Positions 29,185 through 39,722 are shown, counted from the stretch's first letter. The stretch is 64,000 nucleotides of DNA from Cyanobacteria bacterium P01_D01_bin.156 (GCA_039024555.1 JBCCQQ010000016.1:1-64000), one strand, 5' to 3'. Notes: generated by a model from the letters alone, not told the origin. Numbers and translations: made by a program.

Positions 29185-29748
29185 CTAAACGCCTGTTACG
29201 CCGTCTAAGTCTTCCTTGTTGTCATTAGCATGCGGTGCATTCCAAAATGCTCGTGCCCACTTATCTTGAATGTATTGATCTGGATGGTCCCAACGGCATA
29301 GATCTACCAACAGTTGTGGATAGTTGATGGAAAGCTTGTTAGATTTCATTAGTCGCACCATGGCGGTCAGGGGCGATCTCAAATCTTCTGATGCAGTATC
29401 TAACAAGGCACGAAATCGACGCTCGGGACCACCAGAACTGTCTTCGTTGATTAAGCGACGGGCACTGTGACCAAACGTGTTCTTATTTTCTGGATCGATA
29501 TCCTGGGGATAGTAAGCCAGTAAGCAGGTCACCAAAAGCCACTGCTCCAAGTTGTAGGCTTCTTCTGAGTCACTCAGGTATCGTAAGACCAAAGGATAAG
29601 TCGCCCGTCGATGTCGCGGATCACCCGTCAGTGCCCGTTTGAGATTTGCCTTTGCTCCATTGTCGTATTCAATAATGTTCTGGATTTGGTCCAAAACATC
29701 CGCTGCACGTTTAACGGCAGGTGAAATAGAAGGTGTTGTTGTCATCAT
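29185..29748 (-). CDS. cse2: Cas11/Cse2/CasB
   Basis: A.LKR, ERRFRALL, INYPQLLVDL..W, WARAF; position in operon. Confidence 0.9.
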   Translation of the reverse strand: MMTTTPSISPAVKRAADVLDQIQNIIEYDNGAKANLKRALTGDPRHRRATYPLVLRYLSDSEEAYNLEQWLLVTCLLAYYPQDIDPENKNTFGHSARRLINEDSSGGPERRFRALLDTASEDLRSPLTAMVRLMKSNKLSINYPQLLVDLCRWDHPDQYIQDKWARAFWNAPHANDNKEDLDGVTGV

Positions 29749-29778
29749 TGTGTTCAGTTAAATGTGCAGTTCAAAACA

Positions 29779-31332
29779 CTAGCTAGCCTTAGCCGTCTCG
29801 GTTTTCTTTTTAGAAGACTTCTTTTTGCCTTTTGGTTTAATATCTCCTCGCAGTTTGGCCAGGTGATAGTTCAGGGAACGTAACGCCGCTGCCCGTGCTT
29901 CATAGTTACGAATCGCAGCGATGGATTCGGTGAAGGCATCTGTTGCCACCTGTTGAATAGTTTTCGTCCACTCTGGCAATGTCCTGTTGCCGTAATAGGT
30001 AACGCCATCGGCCATCGTTTCATGGTCATTGGGTAGATCAAATAGCAACTTGGGAAACGCCTGGTCCAGGACAGCCCAATATCGAGATTCCCCATCAAGG
30101 GCGTTAGCTAATGCACCGGCATCGCCATTCTTGAGCACTTCTGCCAGTGCATGATAGGGACTGCCCTTAAATGAACGAAAAACATTTTGATGCTCTTCTA
30201 CCTCATTTAAAGCAGACACTAGGGCTTGCCATAGCCTTTTTTCTCTGAGATACAGCATGGGCGCAGAAAAGTGCTCACTACTCCATCCCAAGGGTTTAGC
30301 ATTATCCACCGATAGCCCCAGCACTTGAAGGCTTAGCCGGTCCTCTGCTAATTCCTCCTCCTGCAAATCAGCAACCCAGCTGATAATTCGAGGCCGCTCC
30401 CCAGCATCGGAAGATTGTAAGAACGCAGCAGAATCACGCCATAGGGAGCGGCTAAGATTGAGGCGAACGGTGAATTGCCCTTTCTTTGTTTTGTTATAAG
30501 CAACCCCACATTCCCACTGACTGGCATCCACATTTTTAGGAATGCGATCGCCACCATGGAAAGCGACATTAACCGCCCGATCTTGCTCAAAAAATAATCG
30601 CACCCGACGCCACTGATAGGTCAGATAGTCAATGTAGCCGTTGGGAATCCGCTCAAGCGCTACGGCAGGTTCCCGTTCCCAAGAAGGCAGGTCGTCTCCA
30701 TTTACAACACTGGGAATTTCCTTCTTGGGGTTGTACTGCATCAGATTGAGCAACAACGTTTCCTTAAGGCTCTGCCCCCGTACTAAAACATTGGCAGCGT
30801 CCATGGTGGGAATCACCCCTGCTGAAACAGATGAGCCGGTCTTTCTGCCGCCCACATCAAACCAGTGCAATCGCAACACTAGTCTGGCGGCTTCTGGAAT
30901 TGACAGTGAGGCACTACTCCACTGGTGGTCGTGACAAAACACCGTGCTGGTATTGTTGCCGTGTAAAACATGGGCCTGATAAATCTCAGCTGCTGCATCC
31001 TGGGTGATGGTGACATCTTGCATAAATGGCCGTTCTGGATGCAGCAGATCAAAGTAATCAGCATGATCTTTAAGATAGGCAATCGCCTTTTTGCCATCAT
31101 CCTGTTCAATCTCTTCCCAGTGATCGATATCTTTGGGGCCTTGGTAAGCTCGATGCAAAACGGTCAACAGGAAACGGTGAATTGTCAATGTGGTCGGCGG
31201 ATTGTCACCTTGGATTTCCTGGATTGTGTTCCAGTTTTCAAATAATTCAATTAATGAAACGTCTTGTAGTCGAAAATCTTGAGATACCACCGGTATCCAT
31301 TTTTCTACAGTTAGATTGAACGACACTAACAT
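29779..31332 (-). CDS. cse1: Cas8e/Cse1/CasA
   Basis: FNLTVEKWIPV, FDLLHPERPFMQ, G.SLKETLLLN; RBS GAGGAGG precedes ATG 31332. Confidence 0.93.
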   Translation of the reverse strand: MLVSFNLTVEKWIPVVSQDFRLQDVSLIELFENWNTIQEIQGDNPPTTLTIHRFLLTVLHRAYQGPKDIDHWEEIEQDDGKKAIAYLKDHADYFDLLHPERPFMQDVTITQDAAAEIYQAHVLHGNNTSTVFCHDHQWSSASLSIPEAARLVLRLHWFDVGGRKTGSSVSAGVIPTMDAANVLVRGQSLKETLLLNLMQYNPKKEIPSVVNGDDLPSWEREPAVALERIPNGYIDYLTYQWRRVRLFFEQDRAVNVAFHGGDRIPKNVDASQWECGVAYNKTKKGQFTVRLNLSRSLWRDSAAFLQSSDAGERPRIISWVADLQEEELAEDRLSLQVLGLSVDNAKPLGWSSEHFSAPMLYLREKRLWQALVSALNEVEEHQNVFRSFKGSPYHALAEVLKNGDAGALANALDGESRYWAVLDQAFPKLLFDLPNDHETMADGVTYYGNRTLPEWTKTIQQVATDAFTESIAAIRNYEARAAALRSLNYHLAKLRGDIKPKGKKKSSKKKTETAKAS

Positions 31333-31345
31333 CACCTCCTCAAAG

Positions 31346-34084
31346 TCAGTTATTCTTCTGAAAAACAACACCCTTCAGAGGATCTAAGCTGATCCTCCAC
31401 TTGCCCACATCGGCTCCATTCTCCATATCCAACTCCACATAGCGGCAATTTCTAAGCAAGGCCGATGTCCAACTGTTCGGTGGCTTAGTTTTTGATAATT
31501 CATTGACGATTGCTTTTTTTGAAATGCGGGTGCTGTTCGCCAGTAGCTCTCGAATTACCGGTAACGTAGGTCGAGTCTGCAAGTTAATGGATTGACAGTC
31601 TCCAGTGGGTAAACACAGCCCCTGGTCAGTCCGCTTCAAGAAAATAGTCGTAATGGAAGGCTCGCCTAACCGTGTTACTGCCGCAATAGTGGCTTCGTCA
31701 TCTTCATCACCCTGGCGCGTAAACTGGTCCGGGCTATTGTCGGCCCTAGGAGGCGGCAGCTTAACTCTATTAGCCTTTGCTCTGTAAGAATCCTCGGTGT
31801 CTGCTCGATAATCTGCTAACGACGTTTGCCAGTCTTCCTGGTACTGAGGCTCTAACTCTTCAGGAATATCCGCATCCAGGTGATAAACTGCCTCGATTAG
31901 GCTATCTGTTTCTTCTGGTAGCTGAACACTGGTGCGATTTCGCAATGTTAACCAGCTTCGCAACAACACATGACGATCATAGATGTAGCCACTTTCCTCA
32001 AAGTCTGCTTTAGCACCTGCCTTAATGGTTGGTTCTACAATCCATAATGCTGGCGATCGTAATCCCGCAGGTCTACGCTCCCGCATATGACGATGCAACC
32101 GACCCGAACGCTGGAGCAGTAAATCTATCGGAGCCAAATCGCTAATCATTAAGTCAAAGTCCACATCTAAACTTTGTTCAATTACCTGGGTGGCGACCAG
32201 GACATATTTTTCAGGCCGATCACCCTGCTTGCCAAATTTATCTAGGCAATCTTTTTCAATCCGTTCTCGATCAGAAAATAAAAATCGACCATGAAAAAGA
32301 CCCAGTTCTTGATGAGATTCAAAGTGAGGCTGCAAGCGATCATAGACCTCTTGTGCTCGACTAACCGTTGAACAAATGACAGTTGCACATCCGCCATTCT
32401 GAAGCTTGTCTTTAAGGGAAAGTACCCATTCCTTATCCGTCACCCAATGGACTGCTAATTCACGACATACATGGTCAGAGGCTGGGAATGACTTTGCTGT
32501 AACTGTGTCATTAGAAAAAGCCGTAATGCGTGGGTAGGGTGTCTGAGGCAACTCTGGAGCAACAAAATCATCCTCTTCACTGTGGGGGATACTTCCTTTG
32601 GCATAGGCTGTGAGCAGTCCCTGGCGTGTGCTTGTGGGTAATGTGGCCGACAATGCAATCACCGGAGACCCCAGTAATGCCAACCACTCCAGAAAACGCT
32701 CTAGTAAAGTACCTGTGTATAGATCGTAGGCATGAATCTCGTCTAAAATCACGGTTCGTCCGGCTAAACCAAATAGTCTGACAAATTGATGGCGAGATCG
32801 CACCACACCCATTAAGCCTTGATCCACAGTACCCACACCATAAGGGCTCAGCATGGATCGTTTTCGAGCCGTATGCCATTCACTAGCAACAACTTTTTCC
32901 TCCTTGTCATAGACCTGATCTAAACGACAGATAGTCTGCCGATACTCTTCCTTGAGTGCTGCTGCCGAATGACTCAGCGTTAAATTGATGACTTTTTGGT
33001 CATAGCGCTTACTTAGAAAATCCTGAACTCGCTGAAACATTGCATTGCTGGTGGCTTGTGTTGGCAAACCAATATAAAAACCTCCGGCTAATGTTTGATG
33101 TTGTAAATAATCAGCTAGATACAACGCGGCTTCTGTCTTGCCCTCTCCCATGGAGGCTTCTACCATCACTAAGCACGGTGGTTGGAGGGTCTGTGAGAGT
33201 GCGATCGCAACTTTTTGCAAATCCCGTGGATTATCAAACCCAAAAAGTTCTTTAAACGTCAGCGGATCACCATCCTGATGACAAGTCCATCCCTGTTTCT
33301 CAAGGGCATTTTTAGCCTTTTGCTTCAAATCTTGCTTATATTTATCAAATGATGTGTTATCTGCGTAGGGAAAGCCAGATTCTTTTTCAGGGTTGGACGC
33401 TAACCAATCAGACACAGTGGTTAATCCTGCCAACAGCATGGCCGCTGCATTATCACACTGATTGGGTAGGTCAGCAGCAGTTAATTCAACATAGTCTCTC
33501 AACTGCTGAAAAATAGTCAGACTATGCTGCTGCCAAATACTTCGCTCATCTGTTCCAGCCAGAGCACTATCTAATTTCTTGATATCCTCGCTGGAAGGAA
33601 AGAAACCATGATGACCTCCAACAATCGTGGCTAATTTTTTAGCTAGTCGTTGGGCATGACGTTTGGATAAATTATTGCCAACACCAACATCAACCAAAAA
33701 ATCTGGCAATGTCGCCGCTGTTACAAGCCCATGGGGAGTTTTATTTTTACGACGACTCCAGGGTAAAGAAGACCAACAGTCGTAGAGTGTTTCACCAGCT
33801 AAGATTTGCCCCACATCGCTGACCTGAAACTGAAAGGCAGGACTGACTTTACCCAAATCATGGCTACCGGCCATAAACCCACAAAACCGAATCATCGCGT
33901 CTTCATCGGTCAAGCCTAAGCCATCCAATAGCCGTTTCTTGGCCACTGGGCTTAGGTGAGAGCGAACAATTTCCATGGCCACCGCTGCTGTATCTGCTAA
34001 ATGACAAATCACCGGATGATATTTCGGCTGACCATTCTCAAAGTCTCCTTTACCCGTTTTCGCCCAAAACCGTGGCTGACTCAT
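31346..34084 (-). CDS. cas3: Cas3 HD nuclease-helicase
   Basis: WAK, CHLAD, HDLGK, MGEGKTEA, LDEIH, SAT, QRSGRLHRH. Confidence 0.97.
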   Translation of the reverse strand: MSQPRFWAKTGKGDFENGQPKYHPVICHLADTAAVAMEIVRSHLSPVAKKRLLDGLGLTDEDAMIRFCGFMAGSHDLGKVSPAFQFQVSDVGQILAGETLYDCWSSLPWSRRKNKTPHGLVTAATLPDFLVDVGVGNNLSKRHAQRLAKKLATIVGGHHGFFPSSEDIKKLDSALAGTDERSIWQQHSLTIFQQLRDYVELTAADLPNQCDNAAAMLLAGLTTVSDWLASNPEKESGFPYADNTSFDKYKQDLKQKAKNALEKQGWTCHQDGDPLTFKELFGFDNPRDLQKVAIALSQTLQPPCLVMVEASMGEGKTEAALYLADYLQHQTLAGGFYIGLPTQATSNAMFQRVQDFLSKRYDQKVINLTLSHSAAALKEEYRQTICRLDQVYDKEEKVVASEWHTARKRSMLSPYGVGTVDQGLMGVVRSRHQFVRLFGLAGRTVILDEIHAYDLYTGTLLERFLEWLALLGSPVIALSATLPTSTRQGLLTAYAKGSIPHSEEDDFVAPELPQTPYPRITAFSNDTVTAKSFPASDHVCRELAVHWVTDKEWVLSLKDKLQNGGCATVICSTVSRAQEVYDRLQPHFESHQELGLFHGRFLFSDRERIEKDCLDKFGKQGDRPEKYVLVATQVIEQSLDVDFDLMISDLAPIDLLLQRSGRLHRHMRERRPAGLRSPALWIVEPTIKAGAKADFEESGYIYDRHVLLRSWLTLRNRTSVQLPEETDSLIEAVYHLDADIPEELEPQYQEDWQTSLADYRADTEDSYRAKANRVKLPPPRADNSPDQFTRQGDEDDEATIAAVTRLGEPSITTIFLKRTDQGLCLPTGDCQSINLQTRPTLPVIRELLANSTRISKKAIVNELSKTKPPNSWTSALLRNCRYVELDMENGADVGKWRISLDPLKGVVFQKNN

Positions 34085-35052
34085 GGTGAATTCTCCTGTC
34101 CATAGTGCGCCTTCATCCCCTGTACCTCATCCCTCACCATTGCCACCAACTCCGATGGCTCTAGCACCTTTGCCCCCTGCCCATAAAACAACACCCAGCG
34201 TTTCACCTCATTCAACCCCCGTACCTCTAATCGCAATGTCAGCGAGCCATCTTCATGCTCTTCAATCCGCTGACTCGGATGCCAGCGTCGTTCGCGAATA
34301 TAAGGAGCCGTCGGCCCATCAAACCAAATTGCTACCTCTTTAGGGGTGCCCCCCACCTCATGCTGAAATGCCGACTCCACATCCCGTTTGCGATCAAAAG
34401 ACGGATGTACTTCAAATTTCTCGTCTAGTAACTTAATTTCCTGTATGCGATCAACGCGAAACCAGCGTTTATCGTTACGTTTATGACACCATCCAGTGAT
34501 GTACGGATTATTCCGAGAAAAATGCAGCAAATACGGATCTAGCCGCCGTTCCGAGACCGGCTTTCCCGGCGTCCCATACCGCATCCACACCTGTTGCCGT
34601 TGCCGACAGGCTTTTTCCAATATTTGCCACACCTCCGGGTCAAGATCCAACTCCGCTCCAGAGCGAAACATCACATGCTCATCCACTAGCTGATGCAAAT
34701 CTACCCAGCTTTGCTCAGGCAAACGTTTCACTAACTGCTCAATGGCAGACTGTAGCTCTTGACCATAGGCCGAACCCCCATAGGCCGCCAGCATTCGTGC
34801 CCCTAGCGTAAGCGCAAAAATCTCCCCACGGGTAAGCGCAACAGACGATAACCGCCACTCCGCATTAGTGTAGTACCAGCCCTGTGTGCGACTATATTCT
34901 ATAGGAGCATCAAACCTATCTCGCATATAAGCAAGATAGGTACGCACCGTCTTTTCATTACACTCTAGTGCTGCCGCTAATGAATCCGCCGTTTGGCGTT
35001 GGCGAGAACGCAGCAGCTCATCTAGCTGCAACAGCCGTTCCAAATCGAGCAT
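34081..35052 (-). CDS. wHTH-WYL-WCX transcriptional regulator
   Basis: N-terminal HTH (ERLLQLDELL..TADSLA), RRLDPY..YITGWC..R.FRVDRI, WVLFYG..AKVLEP. Confidence 0.93.
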   Translation of the reverse strand: MLDLERLLQLDELLRSRQRQTADSLAAALECNEKTVRTYLAYMRDRFDAPIEYSRTQGWYYTNAEWRLSSVALTRGEIFALTLGARMLAAYGGSAYGQELQSAIEQLVKRLPEQSWVDLHQLVDEHVMFRSGAELDLDPEVWQILEKACRQRQQVWMRYGTPGKPVSERRLDPYLLHFSRNNPYITGWCHKRNDKRWFRVDRIQEIKLLDEKFEVHPSFDRKRDVESAFQHEVGGTPKEVAIWFDGPTAPYIRERRWHPSQRIEEHEDGSLTLRLEVRGLNEVKRWVLFYGQGAKVLEPSELVAMVRDEVQGMKAHYGQENSP

Positions 35053-35156
35053 GTAAGATGTCCCCAAGTGTTGCAGACACCTTATATAATCAACCCGGTA
35101 AAATCATATCCGACTCATTCTTTAAAATAAAAAAATAGATTTGCTTTAGTATTTTT

Positions 35157-35248
35157 GGCGTTGCTGATCCTCGGGATGATTTTTTTCTGAAAGAGTCTGG
35201 CACAAGCGAGCGTCGTTAGATCGATCCATCCCATAAATCAGCAACGGC
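35157..35248 (-). mobile_element. 92-bp MITE with 8-bp TSD
   Basis: TIRs GGCGTTGCTGAT / ATCAGCAACGGC; GTATTTTT duplicated at 35149-35156 and 35249-35256. Confidence 0.85.
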
Positions 35249-35287
35249 GTATTTTTTACCCATGGCCTTGTACCAGAAACAAGGGTG

Positions 35288-37231
35288 TTAGGCCCACCCC
35301 TTCACTTCAGTATCAGTCAGAGGACGCTCTAGCTTCAAATATTCTCTTTTTGCTGCTTGTAACAGATGCTCCATTCTGACCGGTTCGTCCGCATTTGCTG
35401 CGATAAATGCTGCATTGAGGGCGATGTTGCGAATATTACCGCCCGCGATGCTAAGTTTTGCCAGACGTTCATAAACCAAATTTTCGGTGGGGGTATTTGT
35501 CGGAAAGATTTTGCGCCAAATTTTAGTACGCTGCTTAAAATCAGGAAACGGAAATTGAACAACAAACCGTAAACGCCGCAAAAAAGCCTGATCCATGGAG
35601 TTTTTTAAGTTGGTTGTTAAAATTGCTAACCCCCGATATGACTCCATACGCTGTAGCAAATAACTGACCTCCATATTGGCGTAGCGATCTTTAGAATCAC
35701 TGACATCGCTACGTTTACCGAAAAGAGCATCAGCTTCATCAAAGAGTAAAATGACTCCGCCTCCCTCAGCGGCATCAAAAATGCGACGCAGATTCTTTTC
35801 CGTTTCGCCAATGTATTTGCTGACTACCGCACTCAGATCCACCCGATATAAATCGAGATTAAGCTCCTCGGCAATGACTTCGGCTGCTGTTGTTTTACCG
35901 GTACCGCTAGCGCCTGAAAATAGTGCACTAATGCCTAGACCACGACCGCTGCTGTCGCCAAACCCCCAGGCTTCATAGACCCGTGCGCGCTGGGCTACAT
36001 GGGCAGAAATCTCCTGGAGGCTGTTATATTCTTTTTCTGGCAGTACTAGGGTATCCCAGGTAGCGCGAGTCTCGATACGTTGGGCTAGTTCATCTAGCCG
36101 AGGACGGGCCTGGGTACGACAAAGATTCCATAGGGGAGTCGGGCTATCGGTCTGACTCTGCAAACAGACGGTGTGGATAGCACTGGAACTCAGATTAAAT
36201 TGGGAAACTAGGGCGTTGATGGCAGGCTGCCATGTTTTAGCACGTTCGCCCAGGCCCTTGTGCCAAAGCTGTCGCTGTTCCTGAGGTGTGGGGAAATTGA
36301 CGTCTAGGGACACCAGGGTACGCTGGCGCTGACGGCGACGCTCCTGACTGGCAATGATCAGGGGAAGTTGGATAGTGTCAATAAATGTTGCAGCAGCATC
36401 CTGTCTCTCTGTGCTTTCCACCCCCAACTCTTCGCAATTTAACAACAGAGCCATACGACTCAGCCGATATTCTCGTTCACATAGCTGTTGCAAATTTTTT
36501 AGCTGTTGCCAATCGGTCGGTAATGCTTTTACCGAGAGTTCCTGTAGCTCCAGCCCCAAACGACTACAGGCGGCGGCAGCAATGATTCTTAGACTGTTAC
36601 CATCCATCCCAATCAACTGCACACCTGGTAAAACAGTGTTATGTCGGGTCCAGGTGTGCTCTATCGTTTCAACCAACCGGCCATGGGAAGGGACTAATTC
36701 TGAAGACGGTTGGACAGGGCACACCAACATTTGTAACCGCTGATCCAGGTACTGCACCCCTGTTAAATAGTGCAATACTCGCTCATCAATCCGTAAGGGG
36801 CTGGTTACCAAGGCATTTCCCCCACCCACTTCTAACAGTTTATGCCGTCTGAGGGCAGCGCTGGGGGTTAACGCTTCCCAGTTACTGTTTGAAAACAGAT
36901 TTAGAGCCAGCCCAAAGGTGGGATAGGCATGACTGCTAGCTGTCTGGCATAGTTGGGGCCAGCGACCATCCAGTTCCATTCCCGCACAGAGGAGCAGTAT
37001 ATTCTGTTCAAACTCTGTAAGCTCAAAACAACGAGCCAACAATTCTAGGGCAAATGGCTGGCCATGATAGTTGCTTTCTGGGCTGTTGGCGGTCGCTACC
37101 GCTGATTCAGGCTCCCCTCCCGTATGGGTCTCCAGGAGGCGATGTATCTGAGATATGGTGTGGCCTAAATGTTGTCGATTAGCGGTATGCCAATTGTTTA
37201 CAGAGAGGGTACGGGGAATGGCAGCAATCAT
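35288..37231 (-). CDS. CIS AAA+ ATPase (Afp15-like)
   Basis: GASGTGKT, VVSKYIGETEKNL, LLFDEADALFGKR, AFLRRL; N-terminal winged-helix region. Confidence 0.93.
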   Translation of the reverse strand: MIAAIPRTLSVNNWHTANRQHLGHTISQIHRLLETHTGGEPESAVATANSPESNYHGQPFALELLARCFELTEFEQNILLLCAGMELDGRWPQLCQTASSHAYPTFGLALNLFSNSNWEALTPSAALRRHKLLEVGGGNALVTSPLRIDERVLHYLTGVQYLDQRLQMLVCPVQPSSELVPSHGRLVETIEHTWTRHNTVLPGVQLIGMDGNSLRIIAAAACSRLGLELQELSVKALPTDWQQLKNLQQLCEREYRLSRMALLLNCEELGVESTERQDAAATFIDTIQLPLIIASQERRRQRQRTLVSLDVNFPTPQEQRQLWHKGLGERAKTWQPAINALVSQFNLSSSAIHTVCLQSQTDSPTPLWNLCRTQARPRLDELAQRIETRATWDTLVLPEKEYNSLQEISAHVAQRARVYEAWGFGDSSGRGLGISALFSGASGTGKTTAAEVIAEELNLDLYRVDLSAVVSKYIGETEKNLRRIFDAAEGGGVILLFDEADALFGKRSDVSDSKDRYANMEVSYLLQRMESYRGLAILTTNLKNSMDQAFLRRLRFVVQFPFPDFKQRTKIWRKIFPTNTPTENLVYERLAKLSIAGGNIRNIALNAAFIAANADEPVRMEHLLQAAKREYLKLERPLTDTEVKGWA

Positions 37232-37240
37232 AGTCGTTCG

Positions 37241-37501
37241 TTAACTACCCTGCAATAAATCCTGCAAATATTGAATGGCCGCTGTTGGCTCCAATAACAC
37301 AAACTCTCCATCCCGCAGTAGCTCATACTGACCACCGCGATAGCCATGGGCTGAAATTAGCTTTTTCTCCACTGCTTCGGTCGCTAAATTGTGGAGTTGG
37401 TTGACGCTGATGACTTCAAGTTCTAAGTTCATTTTCTGTTTTAGGGTTTCAAGATCGGGTTCGGACGGTTGGTCAGCATTGGATTCAGGTACGTCACTCA
37501 T
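37241..37501 (-). CDS. Hypothetical protein (86 aa) between DUF4255 and the ATPase
   Basis: ATG ORF tightly coupled to its neighbours (5 and 9 bp gaps). Confidence 0.7.
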   Translation of the reverse strand: MSDVPESNADQPSEPDLETLKQKMNLELEVISVNQLHNLATEAVEKKLISAHGYRGGQYELLRDGEFVLLEPTAAIQYLQDLLQGS

Positions 37502-37506
37502 AGTAC

Positions 37507-38745
37507 TTATTGAATAACAACTCTAGGGCTGTTAAACCAGTTATACGTAGGACTACTGGGCTCTGTATCCACACCTAACTGGCTATCAGCTCCATCCACC
37601 TGTAGACGAATTAAATATTCGCTCGGTTTCACGTTGTTAAATGGAATTGTCAGTTCAGTTCTGGAGTTCTGGTCTGGACGGGCTTCAAATAAATAGACAG
37701 CGGGGCTATCCACAGACCATTCATTCAGGGCAACAACAACGCGCTGACCACTGCCCACAGGCAGATGGGTAGAAACGTGCAAATTACCTGTGCGCGGATC
37801 GTCGTCAATGCCTTCAACATCAGACACATGCACAGCGGTCAAGGTGGGACACAGCATAAAGGGATAGGCATTAGAAGCGACGGGAATAGATGTTTGAGGA
37901 TTGGGATAATGTAATACCTGCAGAGGTTGTATCCCGGCCTGGAGGGTTGTTGCTCCACTAAGGGAAACAACAATTTCTGTATCATTAATAGACTGGGGCG
38001 TAATCTCAGCGATGCCGACTTTTATTTTGGTATGGTTGCCCTTGAGCTGTTGCCCCACGACTCGTAATGTGGTGTTGGCTTCAATGGGAGATCTGGGACC
38101 TGTTTGGGCCAGTACCTTATCGATGCGTGGCTGATGGGCAAAGGGCACAATTCGTGAGCGGGGTTCTCGAACGGGCAGTGCCTTCTGGGCCGACATTTCA
38201 CCATCTATAACCACGGCCATAACTTTATAGGCCATGGAGAGGGAATAGGGGGTTTGAAAAAAGGTAGACCAAATTTTTGACAGCTCATCCATATCCATGG
38301 AAACAGGATTAATGGTGATTTGCTGCGCATGGTGGGTGAGGTCAGAGTCCGCTAAGAATGTGGCATCCTCAATGGCGGTGTCAATCATGTCTGAGGTAAG
38401 TACCGTTTTGTCACTCAGAGTGCGCACCACGCTACCCAACAGTCGCTGGGGTTCTAGCTCAGTTTCGTTGCCGTAGGCGCTGAGCATATAGTACAAATCT
38501 AATGATGAATGACGCCGAATCGGTCCTTTTTTGGCGCGAAACGCGGCAGTGTCATGGTTGCGGAGGGCCTCGTTATAGCTGACCTGGTACAAAAACATGT
38601 TGATGCCAGATTCAGGGGTGCTGCTACCAATACTGTTGGGCTTTAGAGTGGTGACCCTGGCACCGTCCACATCCTGCTGAATCGCGCCCTGTAATAGCCG
38701 CTGGAGTGTAGCCGTAACGGTTGCGATCGCAAGATGATTACTCAT
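37507..38745 (-). CDS. DUF4255 / Afp16-like CIS tail terminator/cap
   Basis: MSNHLAIATVTATL, INMFLYQV..N..LRN, LDLYYMLSAY, QRLLG, ELSKIWS; C-terminal Ig/IPT-like extension. Confidence 0.88.
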   Translation of the reverse strand: MSNHLAIATVTATLQRLLQGAIQQDVDGARVTTLKPNSIGSSTPESGINMFLYQVSYNEALRNHDTAAFRAKKGPIRRHSSLDLYYMLSAYGNETELEPQRLLGSVVRTLSDKTVLTSDMIDTAIEDATFLADSDLTHHAQQITINPVSMDMDELSKIWSTFFQTPYSLSMAYKVMAVVIDGEMSAQKALPVREPRSRIVPFAHQPRIDKVLAQTGPRSPIEANTTLRVVGQQLKGNHTKIKVGIAEITPQSINDTEIVVSLSGATTLQAGIQPLQVLHYPNPQTSIPVASNAYPFMLCPTLTAVHVSDVEGIDDDPRTGNLHVSTHLPVGSGQRVVVALNEWSVDSPAVYLFEARPDQNSRTELTIPFNNVKPSEYLIRLQVDGADSQLGVDTEPSSPTYNWFNSPRVVIQ

Positions 38746-38937
38746 TCAACAATAGTGTGACTAAAGTGTAATTAAAAACTGACCCGCTATAGAAATGCCC
38801 AATCTAGGGGCTAAATTCAACATAGTTTGATAAATGGGTACGCACCACCCACATTTTTCCTAGAGATGTCTACACTGATAGTGGGACTTTGCTGATTACC
38901 CCATTAGTAAAGGCGACCATTCACAGACAGTAGCCCC

Positions 38938-39615
38938 ATGGTGAATAGTGTTTCGCTCCTCAGTCAATCGGTTGACCCCTTACTTGACCTGATCCAGTCA
39001 GAACTGCATCCCCAGGTCAGTTTGGTCAGTATTCGTCCCTACGACCCCATTGCAGTGCGTCATGTGCCTATGCCGTGGCAGCTGCTGGGGACAGGGAACT
39101 ATGCCGCTGTCTTTGCCCACCCTGACTACCCCGATCTGGTTGTTAAAATCTATGCTCCTAATCGTCCTGGATTTGAAGACGAGGTGGAGGTGTATCGGCG
39201 AATCGGTTGTCATCCTGCCTTCTCACAATGTTTCTATGCTAAAGACAATTTGCTAGTCCTCAAACGGCTTCACGGGATAACTCTGTTTAATTGTCTCCAT
39301 AGAGGATTACGCATTCCCAAGCAGGTCATTCTAGATATTGACCAAGCCCTAGACTACGCTCGCAGCCGTGGACTGCGTCCCCATGATGTCCATGGAAAAA
39401 ATGTCATGATGCACCACGGACGGGGATTAGTTGTTGATATTTCAGATTTTTTACGTCCGGGCTCTGGTTCCGCATGGCACGACCTCAAACTTTTTTATTA
39501 TTGGCTTTATCGACCCATTATCTCTCCTCTAAAAGTTTCCGTTCCATTATTTCTATTAGATGCTACACGGGGACTGTATCGATGGGTGCGGGTTTTGTTA
39601 AAGCGAAAAGCCTAG
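38938..39615 (+). CDS. Ser/Thr protein kinase-like protein
   Basis: LGTGNYAAVF, VVKIY, HDVHGKNVM, VVDISDF. Confidence 0.8.
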   Translation: MVNSVSLLSQSVDPLLDLIQSELHPQVSLVSIRPYDPIAVRHVPMPWQLLGTGNYAAVFAHPDYPDLVVKIYAPNRPGFEDEVEVYRRIGCHPAFSQCFYAKDNLLVLKRLHGITLFNCLHRGLRIPKQVILDIDQALDYARSRGLRPHDVHGKNVMMHHGRGLVVDISDFLRPGSGSAWHDLKLFYYWLYRPIISPLKVSVPLFLLDATRGLYRWVRVLLKRKA

Positions 39616-39631
39616 CCAGAAACTAATTTTT

Positions 39632-39722
39632 GCTGTTGCTGATTTACGGGATGGACCGATCTGACAACGCTCGACTGTGCCAGACGCTTTCAGAAAAAAA
39701 CATCCCTAGGATTAGCAACGCC
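39632..39722 (+). mobile_element. 91-bp MITE with 8-bp TSD; near-identical inverted copy of 35157-35248
   Basis: GCTGTTGCTGAT ... ATTAGCAACGCC; TAATTTTT duplicated at 39624-39631 and 39723-39730; interior aligns with the reverse complement of the 35157 copy. Confidence 0.85.

Noticed and set aside
35157..39722. Inverted near-identical MITE pair as a composite transposon or invertible segment around ATPase-DUF4255-kinase
   Set aside because: Each copy retains its own matching 8-bp TSD, so they are independent insertions with no net inversion; no recombinase or transposase nearby
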